Shown piece after piece: positions 1 to 8,789 of a stretch of 64,000 nucleotides of DNA (within the stretch, counting starts at the first letter, position 1; each line of letters begins with the position of its first letter). The notes below the pieces were generated by a model. That model worked only from the letters and a program-made list of their open reading frames with translations. It had not been told where the DNA came from and did no database searches. A program made the translations under genes and the position numbers. Source of the DNA: Chitinophagales bacterium (GTDB taxonomy: Bacteria > Bacteroidota > Bacteroidia > Chitinophagales > LD1); NCBI GenBank assembly GCA_046329495.1, contig JAXLUO010000018.1:15045-79044 (forward strand), written 5' to 3'.

Positions 1-104
1 GTCATTTTGCTCCATTTTAACACAAAAATCCATCATATTAATTTTTCTCTAACTTGTGCACAAGCTGAAAAGTGCACAAGCATGCACAAGTAGATGTGGA
101 TAAC
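1..104 (+). repeat. Copy A (3' module only, truncated by the window edge) of the multi-copy noncoding element. Contains palindrome CTTGTGCACAAG (53-64), two more GCACAAG repeats and TGTGGATAA (95-103).
   Basis: Positions 15-104 align to 40681-40770 with about 6 mismatches in 90 nt, counted by eye. Same orientation as copy B. Confidence 0.85.
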
Positions 105-156
105 TGCGATACCAGTCCTTGTCTCCCGTCCCTCGCTCTCGTCCCTGTTACTGAAA

Positions 157-174
157 GTGTAAAGCAGTGTAAAG
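157..174 (+). promoter_or_regulatory. GTGTAAAG-N3-GTGTAAAG direct-repeat site (11 bp period), same motif as the array in copy B
   Basis: The exact motif gtgtaaagcagtgtaaag, flanked by aaa and tt as in the other eight sites in the window. Confidence 0.5.
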
Positions 175-320
175 TTACAGGATGGCTCGGCACTGCCCTG
201 CTCTGATTTCCGCTTTCTGTTTTCTAATATCCTTTTCCGAAAAAAAAGCAATTCTTACTAAAACCGCTATAGCTGAAATAGCCAACATATTTTCGAGCCC
301 TTAAACCAAACAAAGCATAC

Positions 321-785
321 ATGAAGAAACTGTTTTTAATTACGCTTTCGGCTGCAGCTATTGCCACCTCTTGTTCAAAGGAGTTTATGAAAAAGCATAG
401 CGCCAACTTTAAACTCAACGGCACAGCTTACACCTGCAATGAAGATCAGGTAACGGCAGAATACTACAATTCTGCCACAAAGCTACAGGTACAAGGCTAT
501 ACCGGTCAGGCAAGCACCATGGGCTTTTCGCTTGTAATCGACCTCACCAAAATCAACCAAACCGTTAGCATCGATTCTTCATCCGATGGTACCTACGCCC
601 GCCTAAACAACAGTGCAGTGCAATACCACGCTATCTCAGGCGAATGGAAGATCACTTCCTACCAGGAAGGCAAACCCGAATCGCGCCATACCGAAGGCAC
701 CTTCAGCTTTGTTGGTGTAAACCAGTACGATAACGCCGATACACTACGAGTAACCGATGGCCATTTTTACGTAAACAACTACTAA
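321..785 (+). CDS. Hypothetical lipoprotein
   Basis: 154 aa ORF. The N-terminal signal peptide ends in a lipobox-like AIATSC. Confidence 0.6.
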   Translation: MKKLFLITLSAAAIATSCSKEFMKKHSANFKLNGTAYTCNEDQVTAEYYNSATKLQVQGYTGQASTMGFSLVIDLTKINQTVSIDSSSDGTYARLNNSAVQYHAISGEWKITSYQEGKPESRHTEGTFSFVGVNQYDNADTLRVTDGHFYVNNY

Positions 786-798
786 AACAAGCATTATC

Positions 799-834
799 GG
801 GGGTAGAGGATAAAGTTTTAAACCCTCTATCCCC
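799..834 (+). terminator. Possible hairpin terminator after the lipoprotein gene
   Basis: gggggtagagg / cctctatcccc gives an 11 bp stem with one G-U pair. The downstream T-tract is weak. Confidence 0.3.
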
Positions 835-846
835 ATTATAAAAAGC

Positions 847-3768
847 ATGGTTGCAGGGGTATTGCTAAATCAATATCCTTGCCGCCCCCTAAAAAGGGCA
901 GCAGCAACTATGAGTCAGAGCTTTTTATTGATAAACCCCGATGGCCTTGTATTTCAAACCTATTACGATGTATTCCGCGTAATACATAACCGTAAAATCA
1001 ATAACAAGCCCAGTTATCAGTTCGATTCGCTGATAACCCAGAACATACGCCTCATATATCCCGGTGGAACGGATAAGAACATTATCGAGTTGCTTAAAAG
1101 TCTGGACTCTGCCAATCTTAAAAACGAACTGACAAAGCTTACCAAAATACATGGCAAGCAAAAAAGTGGCATATCGCTTGATACGTATATGGCGCGTTCG
1201 GCGCCGCGTATTTTTTATGAATTATTGAGTCGTTTAGCAGCCGTTGCGCACGAACTCAAACTATATCACCGTTTAAAGAATAAGGAAACAGGAAACTATA
1301 AAGTAGCGCCCTGCACCCTATCTAACATAAAACCTGTGCTATCGTTTCGCTTGTTCAAAACAGCACAGAATGAATTAGCTATAGCCCCACAAATTACCAT
1401 AGCAGGACAAACCTCGCCAATGGAGGATTTTAACGGCACTACGTTTTTGTTGGAAAAGGACAGCGTGTATTATCTCCTGTCCATGAAGGATATGCAAACG
1501 CTGGATTGGTTGATTCGTGCAAGACCTGAACAGTATAAAAACAACGCCGAAGCCTTTACCAACGAGATTGTTTCGGTGCTGGAAAGGGATTACGAGGTTA
1601 CCAAGGACGAAGTATTTAAAATAAACCTGGTAGAAAGCGAACCGCAACATGCTGTTTACCTGAGCGAGATAAGCGACACCTTCCTGATGTTTACACCGCG
1701 TTGGAATTACGAAGGCTTTTTGATAGAAAGTCTTGACCAACCCGAAACAGAGGAAATGCGCCGTGGAGAAATTTATAAAGTGGTGCGCCGTAAGGAAGAA
1801 GAATTGGCCTTTGTTGAAAAACTGCGCGGCTTGCACCCGAACTTCGAGAAACAACGCAACGGCAACTTTTACCTCAGTTTTGATGAGGCTAAAAAGAAGC
1901 ACTGGTTTTTGAAAGTGTATCAGCAATTGTTGGCCGAGAATGTGCAGATAGTAGGCATGGACTTATTAAGCCACTTCCGCTATTCGCCGCACAACATCCA
2001 CACGCAGATGAACATCGGCAGAACAGTGGATAGCCTGATGCACTTAAACATCCGCATCAGCTTTGGCGATGAACAAGTGGAGCTGAGTGCTGTGCAACGC
2101 ACTTTGTACAACGGACAAAAGTTCATCCTGCTTAAGGATAATAGCATTGGTGTGATAACCGATGAGTGGTATGATCAGTACGGGGCCATCTTTAAACATG
2201 GCAAGTTGCAAAAGGGAGAGTTGATAGTGCCACAATGGATATTGCTGAGTATTGAAGAGAGGTATCAAACCAAGGAACTTAAACCTGTTATCAGCGAGCA
2301 ATGGTGGAAAGACTGGGAGCGCTGGCAAACAAGCACCGAACCTATGGTGCCTGTGCCTGCAGGTTTACAGGCTACGCTCCGCCCCTATCAGCAAAAAGGC
2401 TTTGAATGGCTGGTATTGTTAAGCAATATTGATGCAGGCGCTTGTTTGGCAGATGACATGGGTTTAGGTAAAACCCTGCAGACTATTGCCTTCCTGCAAC
2501 ACCAGACAAACCTAAAACCAAATGCACGCCATTTGATCGTTGCACCACTGTCGTTAGTATTTAACTGGAAACAGGAATTGGAAAAGTTTGCCCCCGGTTT
2601 GGGCCTATATGTTTTCCACCAAAACAACCGCGATGTGCAAGAGTTCACAGCCTCAGGCAAACAGGTAATGATCACCAGCTACGGAACCGCTCGTTCCGCT
2701 ATGGAAGAGTTGAGTTTGATTAGCTGGGATACTGTGGTTATTGATGAGAGCCATAACATCAAAAACCCAACCGCGCAAATAACCAAGGCTGTATATAAGC
2801 TAAGCGCAGTTAACCGCATTGCATTAAGCGGTACACCGGTAATGAACAACACGTTCGATATATACTCGCAATTAAACTTCCTGCTGCCCGGCTTATTGGG
2901 CGGACCGGAATTCTTTAAACGTGAATACGCCATACCTATCGATCGCGATATGAATATGGACAAAACGAATGCGCTGCAAAAAATCACAGCACCTTTCGTA
3001 TTGCGACGCACCAAAAAGCAGGTAGCAGCCGATCTGCCCGATAAAACAGAATCGGTTATATGGTGTCAGATGGATGAACCGCAGAAGGAAGCGTACGAAG
3101 CCATCAAAAAACAAATCAAGTCCAACGTATTCCTCGATATTGAACGCGATGGTTTTACTAAAGCCAAGTTCTCTATCCTCCAGGGTATACTTAAGCTACG
3201 GCAAATCTGTTGTGCGCCATCCTTATTGAAGGACGAGGAGATCACAACAAAAGACTCCATCAAAATGGAGATGGTAATGAACGAGCTGCGCGATAATGTA
3301 AGCGGAAGTAAATCCCTCGTATTCTCGCAATACCTGGGCATGCTTGAAATGATTGCACAACAATGCAAGAAGGAAAACATACCTTATTTGTACTTTGACG
3401 GCAGCACACCATTAAACGAACGCGCACAAATGGTTAACACCTTCCAGGACGAGAATTCTGATGTGCGCGTGTTTCTTATCAGCCTAAAAGCAGGTAATGC
3501 AGGTTTAAATCTTACAGCCGCCGAATATGTTTTCCTGATGGACCCATGGTGGAACAACGCCGTGGAGCAGCAAGCTATTGACCGCACCCACCGCATTGGC
3601 CAAACCAAAAATATTTTTGCTTACAAGCTTATCTGCCGCAATACCATCGAAGAAAAAATACTGGAACTACAGCAGAAAAAGCGGCAGCTATCTGAAGATC
3701 TGGTTAGCGAAGAAGAAGGTTTTGTAAAACACCTTACGCAGGAAGATATCACCTTCCTGTTCGATTAA
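847..3768 (+). CDS. SNF2-family DEAD/DEAH helicase with a long uncharacterised N-terminal region (about 500 aa)
   Basis: Motifs LADDMGLGKTLQTIA (Walker A), VIDESHNIKN (DExH) and QAIDRTHRIGQTK (motif VI). An alternative start is at 910 (MSQSF). Confidence 0.9.
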   Translation: MVAGVLLNQYPCRPLKRAAATMSQSFLLINPDGLVFQTYYDVFRVIHNRKINNKPSYQFDSLITQNIRLIYPGGTDKNIIELLKSLDSANLKNELTKLTKIHGKQKSGISLDTYMARSAPRIFYELLSRLAAVAHELKLYHRLKNKETGNYKVAPCTLSNIKPVLSFRLFKTAQNELAIAPQITIAGQTSPMEDFNGTTFLLEKDSVYYLLSMKDMQTLDWLIRARPEQYKNNAEAFTNEIVSVLERDYEVTKDEVFKINLVESEPQHAVYLSEISDTFLMFTPRWNYEGFLIESLDQPETEEMRRGEIYKVVRRKEEELAFVEKLRGLHPNFEKQRNGNFYLSFDEAKKKHWFLKVYQQLLAENVQIVGMDLLSHFRYSPHNIHTQMNIGRTVDSLMHLNIRISFGDEQVELSAVQRTLYNGQKFILLKDNSIGVITDEWYDQYGAIFKHGKLQKGELIVPQWILLSIEERYQTKELKPVISEQWWKDWERWQTSTEPMVPVPAGLQATLRPYQQKGFEWLVLLSNIDAGACLADDMGLGKTLQTIAFLQHQTNLKPNARHLIVAPLSLVFNWKQELEKFAPGLGLYVFHQNNRDVQEFTASGKQVMITSYGTARSAMEELSLISWDTVVIDESHNIKNPTAQITKAVYKLSAVNRIALSGTPVMNNTFDIYSQLNFLLPGLLGGPEFFKREYAIPIDRDMNMDKTNALQKITAPFVLRRTKKQVAADLPDKTESVIWCQMDEPQKEAYEAIKKQIKSNVFLDIERDGFTKAKFSILQGILKLRQICCAPSLLKDEEITTKDSIKMEMVMNELRDNVSGSKSLVFSQYLGMLEMIAQQCKKENIPYLYFDGSTPLNERAQMVNTFQDENSDVRVFLISLKAGNAGLNLTAAEYVFLMDPWWNNAVEQQAIDRTHRIGQTKNIFAYKLICRNTIEEKILELQQKKRQLSEDLVSEEEGFVKHLTQEDITFLFD

Positions 3769-4097
3769 GGTATGCCGAGGGTTGGGCTTTCTGAGCAGGC
3801 GTCTGCACAACTGTTGCAGGCATCTGCGCAGGCACGGCAATGTTCGTTGTTATGTTTGGCGCATTCTTCACCGCAAAGGCGGCAGAGTTCCGCACAAAAC
3901 TTCATATACTTATCACTGTTCTCCGAATCGCGCATAAGTGCCGAGGCTGTTAAAAGGCATATTTCTGCGCACTCTCTGTCAAGTTCAATACAACGGGTCA
4001 TCATATCTACATCCTCTTCATTCAGGCAAGCATTATAGCATCGGTTGCAGGCCGCTGCACAGGCATACAGGCTTTCCAGCAATTGGTTCCCTTCCAT
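3765..4097 (-). CDS. Cysteine-rich four-helix-bundle copper-binding protein (DUF326-like)
   Basis: 110 aa with repeated CxxxC/CxxC spacing (CAAACNRCYNAC, CAEIC, CRLCGEEC, CRACADACNSCADAC), typical of the DUF326 family. Confidence 0.7.
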   Translation of the reverse strand: MEGNQLLESLYACAAACNRCYNACLNEEDVDMMTRCIELDRECAEICLLTASALMRDSENSDKYMKFCAELCRLCGEECAKHNNEHCRACADACNSCADACSESPTLGIP

Positions 4098-4547
4098 AAT
4101 AGCAGGTTTAAAGTTTAATAAGAAAGGCCCTCCTGCTATAGGGCAGAAGGGCCCAAAACTTTTACATGCTTAAGTAGGCCTAAATTCCAAAAAAGGCATA
4201 CCTCATGCATAAGTTATAAAAGTCTTAAGCTAAAAGTATTCCAGATGTTGCTTAATCGATGCTACCATTATTTGAGGCAAATTTACCTCAGTAGTTATAC
4301 AGTAATTGCAAGAACATGCTCATTAGCGGGGTAAAACTGAACACCTCATCCCATATATAACGTGTAAATTACCGAAGGCATTGTTCCCATAAAGTAGATT
4401 GAAAAAAAATGGATATAAAAATCACCTTTCACCAAAATAAGCAGCAACATAAAGCGTATTGAATGCAGATGCCGGTTGTTCTTTACTTGTTAACGGCATG
4501 TTTTTTTACCCTGCTTTTTACAAGCAGAACAAATTAAACAGAGCAAT

Positions 4548-4832
4548 ATGGAAATAGATAGATTTCTGCTAAGCTCCGCGAATGGAGAAGAGGAAGGCCC
4601 TCAATATATTTTACACACCCAAACACCTAAGGCCTTAATTCAGGTTGTGCCTTGTGCCACGGTCAACGGCAAGTCAGGTCAAACTTATTCATACCAACTA
4701 CAAAATGAGGTTGAGCCAAGATACCTTACCTTTAGGGTAGTGCAGGTTTATGAACCGGTGAGCGATTACCGGCATATTTTGGATGAGGCATGGAATTGGT
4801 TATACAACAGCGGTGCACTGCTTGCAGCGTAA
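4548..4832 (+). CDS. Hypothetical protein
   Basis: 94 aa ORF ending 9 nt upstream of ligD. No recognisable motif. Confidence 0.4.
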   Translation: MEIDRFLLSSANGEEEGPQYILHTQTPKALIQVVPCATVNGKSGQTYSYQLQNEVEPRYLTFRVVQVYEPVSDYRHILDEAWNWLYNSGALLAA

Positions 4833-4841
4833 ATACTTGCT

Positions 4842-7400
4842 ATGGCCTTAACCCAATACAATAAAAAGAGGAATTTTGGCAAAACTTCGGAACCCGAAGG
4901 CAAACTGGCGCACAAAAAAGGTAAGCTCATTTTTGTTGTCCAAAATCATCATGCCTCACATTTGCATTACGACTTTAGGTTGGAAGCAAACGGTGTGCTT
5001 AAAAGCTGGGCAGTGCCTAAAGGTCCATCCATGAACCCTAACGATAAGCGCCTGGCCATGATGGTGGAAGACCACCCGTATAATTACAAGGACTTTGAAG
5101 GCAACATACCCGAAGGCAATTATGGTGCAGGCAATGTTATAGTTTGGGATAACGGCACTTACGTTCCCGAAGAGGAAACCGACAACCCCGATAAAACAGT
5201 GGAGGTAGGTATTCGCAAAGGCAGGTTAACCGTAATCCTTAAAGGCAAAAAATTAAAAGGTGCATTCAGTTTGGTAAAAATGCACGGCCGGCAGGAGAAT
5301 GCCTGGATGCTGATTAAGAAGAAAGACGACTTTGCAACTGATGAGGACATCACAGCTAATGAAAAATCAGTAATCAGTAAAAAGACACTACAACAATTGG
5401 CCGATAAATACCACAACGAAAAAGACGGTACGCCCAAGAGTGAAAAGAAAAAGAAGGTAGCCTCAAAACCGAAAGCCAAAACCAAAAAGCAAACGGTAAA
5501 AAAAAAGCCCGGTCGCATAAAACCAATGCTCGCCGAACTAACTGAAGCACCATTTGATAACCCCGATTGGATATTCGAACCAAAGTACGATGGCTACAGG
5601 GTGCTTGCTGATTGTAACGGTGATAATGAAGTTGACCTTTACAGTCGTAATCTTCTCTCCTTTAACGAGGACTTCGCTTCTATTGTCAACGAACTGAAAA
5701 AAATCAATCACGACTGTTTGCTGGATGGTGAAGTGGTAGCCGAAGACGAAAAAGGAGTATCCCGGTTTCAACTATTACAAAACTTTAGAAATAAGTTGCA
5801 GGGCGATTTGCAATATTACGTATTCGACCTCCTGCGTCTGGATGGAAACGATTTGACCAACTTACCGCTAATTGAACGAAAGGAATTGTTGCGCATGCTG
5901 TTGAAAGGTGCTAAGTTGAAACATATGCACTTCTCGGAACATATTGCTGAACATGGTATTAAGTTTTTTGAACAAGCCGGTAAGAAAGGGTGGGAAGGCA
6001 TAATTGCAAAGGATGCTCAAAGCACCTATAGTGCCGGAGCACGTAACGGCGATTGGCAAAAGATAAAGATCACCAAAGAACAGGAAACGGTAATTTGTGG
6101 TATAACAGAACCTAAAGGCGGCAGAAAATTCTTTGGCTCATTGCTTTTAGGCGTTTATCAGGATGCGGAATTACAGTATGTAGGCAACTGTGGCACCGGC
6201 TTTAACCATGCAGGATTAAAGGACCTTTATGAAAAGCTGAAGCCGCTGTTCGTAAACAAATCTCCCTTCAGTGAACGTATTACCGGCACGGCCGATGTAC
6301 AGTGGATAAAACCCAAACTGGTTTGCCAGGTTAAATTTACCGAGTGGACGGGCGATGGCAGCATGCGCCATCCGGTTTTTTTAGGACTACGTAAGGATAA
6401 AAAAGCAACTGAAGTTAAACGCGAAATACCGGTTGACATGAAAAAGAAAACAGCACAATCCGGTAATGAAGCACCGGTAGAAAAGGACTATGACAAGAAG
6501 GTGGGTAAGGTTACACTAAAGCTAACCAACCAAAACAAACTCTACTGGCCGGAGGATAAAATCACCAAAGGTGATTTGCTTATTTATTACGAAGAAGTGG
6601 CTGATGTAATGCTTCCTTATCTTAAGGATAGACCTGAATCCCTGCATCGTTTTCCAAATGGAATTAAGGATAGCGGTTTTTTCCAGAAAGATCAGGATGT
6701 TGACAAACTACCGGATTGGGTTCATACAGAGCAAGTGTATTCCGAATCCACGAAGGAAAATATCGACTATCTGATATGTAACGATAAAGCACATCTCCTG
6801 TTTATGGCCAACCTTGGCTGTATTGAGATCAATCCCTGGAATTCTAAAATTCAAACGTCTGAAAACCCCGATTGGATGGTAATCGATCTGGACCCGGAGG
6901 ATATTGATTTTAAAGAGGTGGTAAAGGCCGCCATAGAAACCAGAAAATTTCTGGATAAACTGGAAATAGAAAGCTATTGCAAAACAAGCGGAGCTACAGG
7001 CTTACACATCTTTGTGCCCTTAGCTGCTAAATACGAATACGAAATAGTAAAGAACTTTGCGCAACTGATCGCGCAAAATGTAAACGATAAACTTCCCGAC
7101 ACAACCAGCATTTTGCGCATGCCCAACAAAAGGAAGAAAAAAGTATATCTGGATTTCCTTCAAAACCGAAGAGGCCAAACCTTAGCAGCCCCCTATTCTG
7201 TACGGCCCCGGCCCGGTGCAACTGTTAGCACACCTTTGGACTGGAGTGAAGTAACTGCGAAACTTGACCCCTCCAAGTTCACTATCAAAACTACTCTGCA
7301 ACGGTTAAATAAGAAAGGTGACCTCTGGAAACCCGTTATTGGCAAGGGAGCGAATCTCGAAAAAGCAATAAAAGCAGTCTACGAATCGGGCAACGATTAA
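4842..7400 (+). CDS. ligD: ATP-dependent DNA ligase D (phosphoesterase-ligase-polymerase fusion)
   Basis: The N-terminal 3'-phosphoesterase signature is HHASHLHYDFRLE. The ligase adenylation motif is EPKYDGYR. The C-terminal primase-polymerase domain shows MVIDLDP and SGATGLHIFVP. 852 aa. Confidence 0.9.
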   Translation: MALTQYNKKRNFGKTSEPEGKLAHKKGKLIFVVQNHHASHLHYDFRLEANGVLKSWAVPKGPSMNPNDKRLAMMVEDHPYNYKDFEGNIPEGNYGAGNVIVWDNGTYVPEEETDNPDKTVEVGIRKGRLTVILKGKKLKGAFSLVKMHGRQENAWMLIKKKDDFATDEDITANEKSVISKKTLQQLADKYHNEKDGTPKSEKKKKVASKPKAKTKKQTVKKKPGRIKPMLAELTEAPFDNPDWIFEPKYDGYRVLADCNGDNEVDLYSRNLLSFNEDFASIVNELKKINHDCLLDGEVVAEDEKGVSRFQLLQNFRNKLQGDLQYYVFDLLRLDGNDLTNLPLIERKELLRMLLKGAKLKHMHFSEHIAEHGIKFFEQAGKKGWEGIIAKDAQSTYSAGARNGDWQKIKITKEQETVICGITEPKGGRKFFGSLLLGVYQDAELQYVGNCGTGFNHAGLKDLYEKLKPLFVNKSPFSERITGTADVQWIKPKLVCQVKFTEWTGDGSMRHPVFLGLRKDKKATEVKREIPVDMKKKTAQSGNEAPVEKDYDKKVGKVTLKLTNQNKLYWPEDKITKGDLLIYYEEVADVMLPYLKDRPESLHRFPNGIKDSGFFQKDQDVDKLPDWVHTEQVYSESTKENIDYLICNDKAHLLFMANLGCIEINPWNSKIQTSENPDWMVIDLDPEDIDFKEVVKAAIETRKFLDKLEIESYCKTSGATGLHIFVPLAAKYEYEIVKNFAQLIAQNVNDKLPDTTSILRMPNKRKKKVYLDFLQNRRGQTLAAPYSVRPRPGATVSTPLDWSEVTAKLDPSKFTIKTTLQRLNKKGDLWKPVIGKGANLEKAIKAVYESGND

Positions 7401-8695
7401 GGATGTCTGTCGCAGTCCTGCAAGTGTTCTGCTTTCCACTGCATAGCCATATGTACCCGGTTCCTTCCGCTGGGGTGGTCAAAGAAGAACACCTCCTCCC
7501 AGTAACCTGGATCAATCTTTCGGTATTCAGAAAGCATCATATCTACATGCGCTTCAGCATCAGGTTCCCGGGCAGCATTTAAGCCAAACATATCTGCTTC
7601 GGCTTCCATGGTGCGGGTCATCGTATTGGTTATTGGCGTAGCGAAAAACATTACCACCGTAAACAGCACCACCAATAGCGGCAATCCTGCAATGTCGCTT
7701 ATGCTTTCAATACCCATGCGTCCACTCCAACGTAACAGTAAAGCGTTAAAGGCCCAGGCCACCACAGCAAATACCAAAACCAGTAACACCGACATTTCAA
7801 CCAGCCCTTTATAAACGTGGTTCATCACGTAATGACCCATTTCGTGGCCCATTACTGATTTTATTTCAGCAGCCGAGCACCGTTTAAGCAAATTATCATT
7901 CAAAGAGATGCGCGTAGTACTGCCTATGCCGCTAACATTGGCACTCACTCTATCGCTTTGTTTACTCGCATCAAACTGGTAAACATTCTCGGCCGGTATA
8001 CTATTAGCGCGTGCCATCGAAAGTATCTCACGCTTTAAATTTCCATCAGCCAGGGGCTCGTATTTATTAAACAAAGGCATTAAAAACACCGGGGCTATAA
8101 ACAACACCAACACACTAAAACCGATGCAAATACCTGCCCCCCACATCCACCATTTTTTACCTGTACGGCGCATGGCTATATAAACAAGTATAAGCAACAC
8201 GCTGCCACCTATAGTTCCAACAGCAAGCCCAATCAAATCCTGTGTAAGCCATTCTGCAAAGCTCATGTTACTCAAATTGTATTGATGTTCCCGATAGTAG
8301 CTCTGGTATACATTAAACGGAAACATCAACAAATAGGCCGCAATAAAGTAAAGCAAGGCATAAAGGAAAGTTTGGAGATTAACGCTCTTAACGCCGCTAA
8401 CCAACCCCTTCATTCTTTTTGATAAGCCGCCAAACAGAAAAATAACGCCAACACCAATGGCATACAGGGTGCTCCAGAGTAGCAACCAGTAGCCGCCCTC
8501 GAAATAGGCATCCGAATGCGCCCGTTGTTCAGGAGTTAGGGTATTTATCCATTGTTCAGTAGCACTATCTACGTTAAAGCTTGTAACAGCTTTTACTACG
8601 GACGTATCAGTCTCAGCAAAGCCAAACGAAACACAGAACATAAACGCAAGCACGGTAAGCAGGAGTCCTTTTTTCATAGCCGTTATTTGTGGCAA
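7397..8695 (-). CDS. M48-family (Ste24/HtpX-like) membrane zinc metallopeptidase
   Basis: HEMGH zinc motif within VMGHEMGHYVMNH, multiple transmembrane segments, 432 aa. Confidence 0.85.
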   Translation of the reverse strand: MPQITAMKKGLLLTVLAFMFCVSFGFAETDTSVVKAVTSFNVDSATEQWINTLTPEQRAHSDAYFEGGYWLLLWSTLYAIGVGVIFLFGGLSKRMKGLVSGVKSVNLQTFLYALLYFIAAYLLMFPFNVYQSYYREHQYNLSNMSFAEWLTQDLIGLAVGTIGGSVLLILVYIAMRRTGKKWWMWGAGICIGFSVLVLFIAPVFLMPLFNKYEPLADGNLKREILSMARANSIPAENVYQFDASKQSDRVSANVSGIGSTTRISLNDNLLKRCSAAEIKSVMGHEMGHYVMNHVYKGLVEMSVLLVLVFAVVAWAFNALLLRWSGRMGIESISDIAGLPLLVVLFTVVMFFATPITNTMTRTMEAEADMFGLNAAREPDAEAHVDMMLSEYRKIDPGYWEEVFFFDHPSGRNRVHMAMQWKAEHLQDCDRHP

Positions 8696-8789
8696 AATAC
8701 CATTGTTTTCCGGTTATGCACATACCCCAGTTCCGCCTACCGGCATTCAATCAACAATTCTTACATTTCCCGCTTAAACCCTTACTGAC

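Noticed and set aside
33-424. ORFs 33-251 and 224-424 on the minus strand, and ORF 58112-58297 on the plus strand.
   Set aside because: They run through the noncoding repeat copies A and C. The repeat alignment shows indels and substitutions inconsistent with a conserved reading frame.
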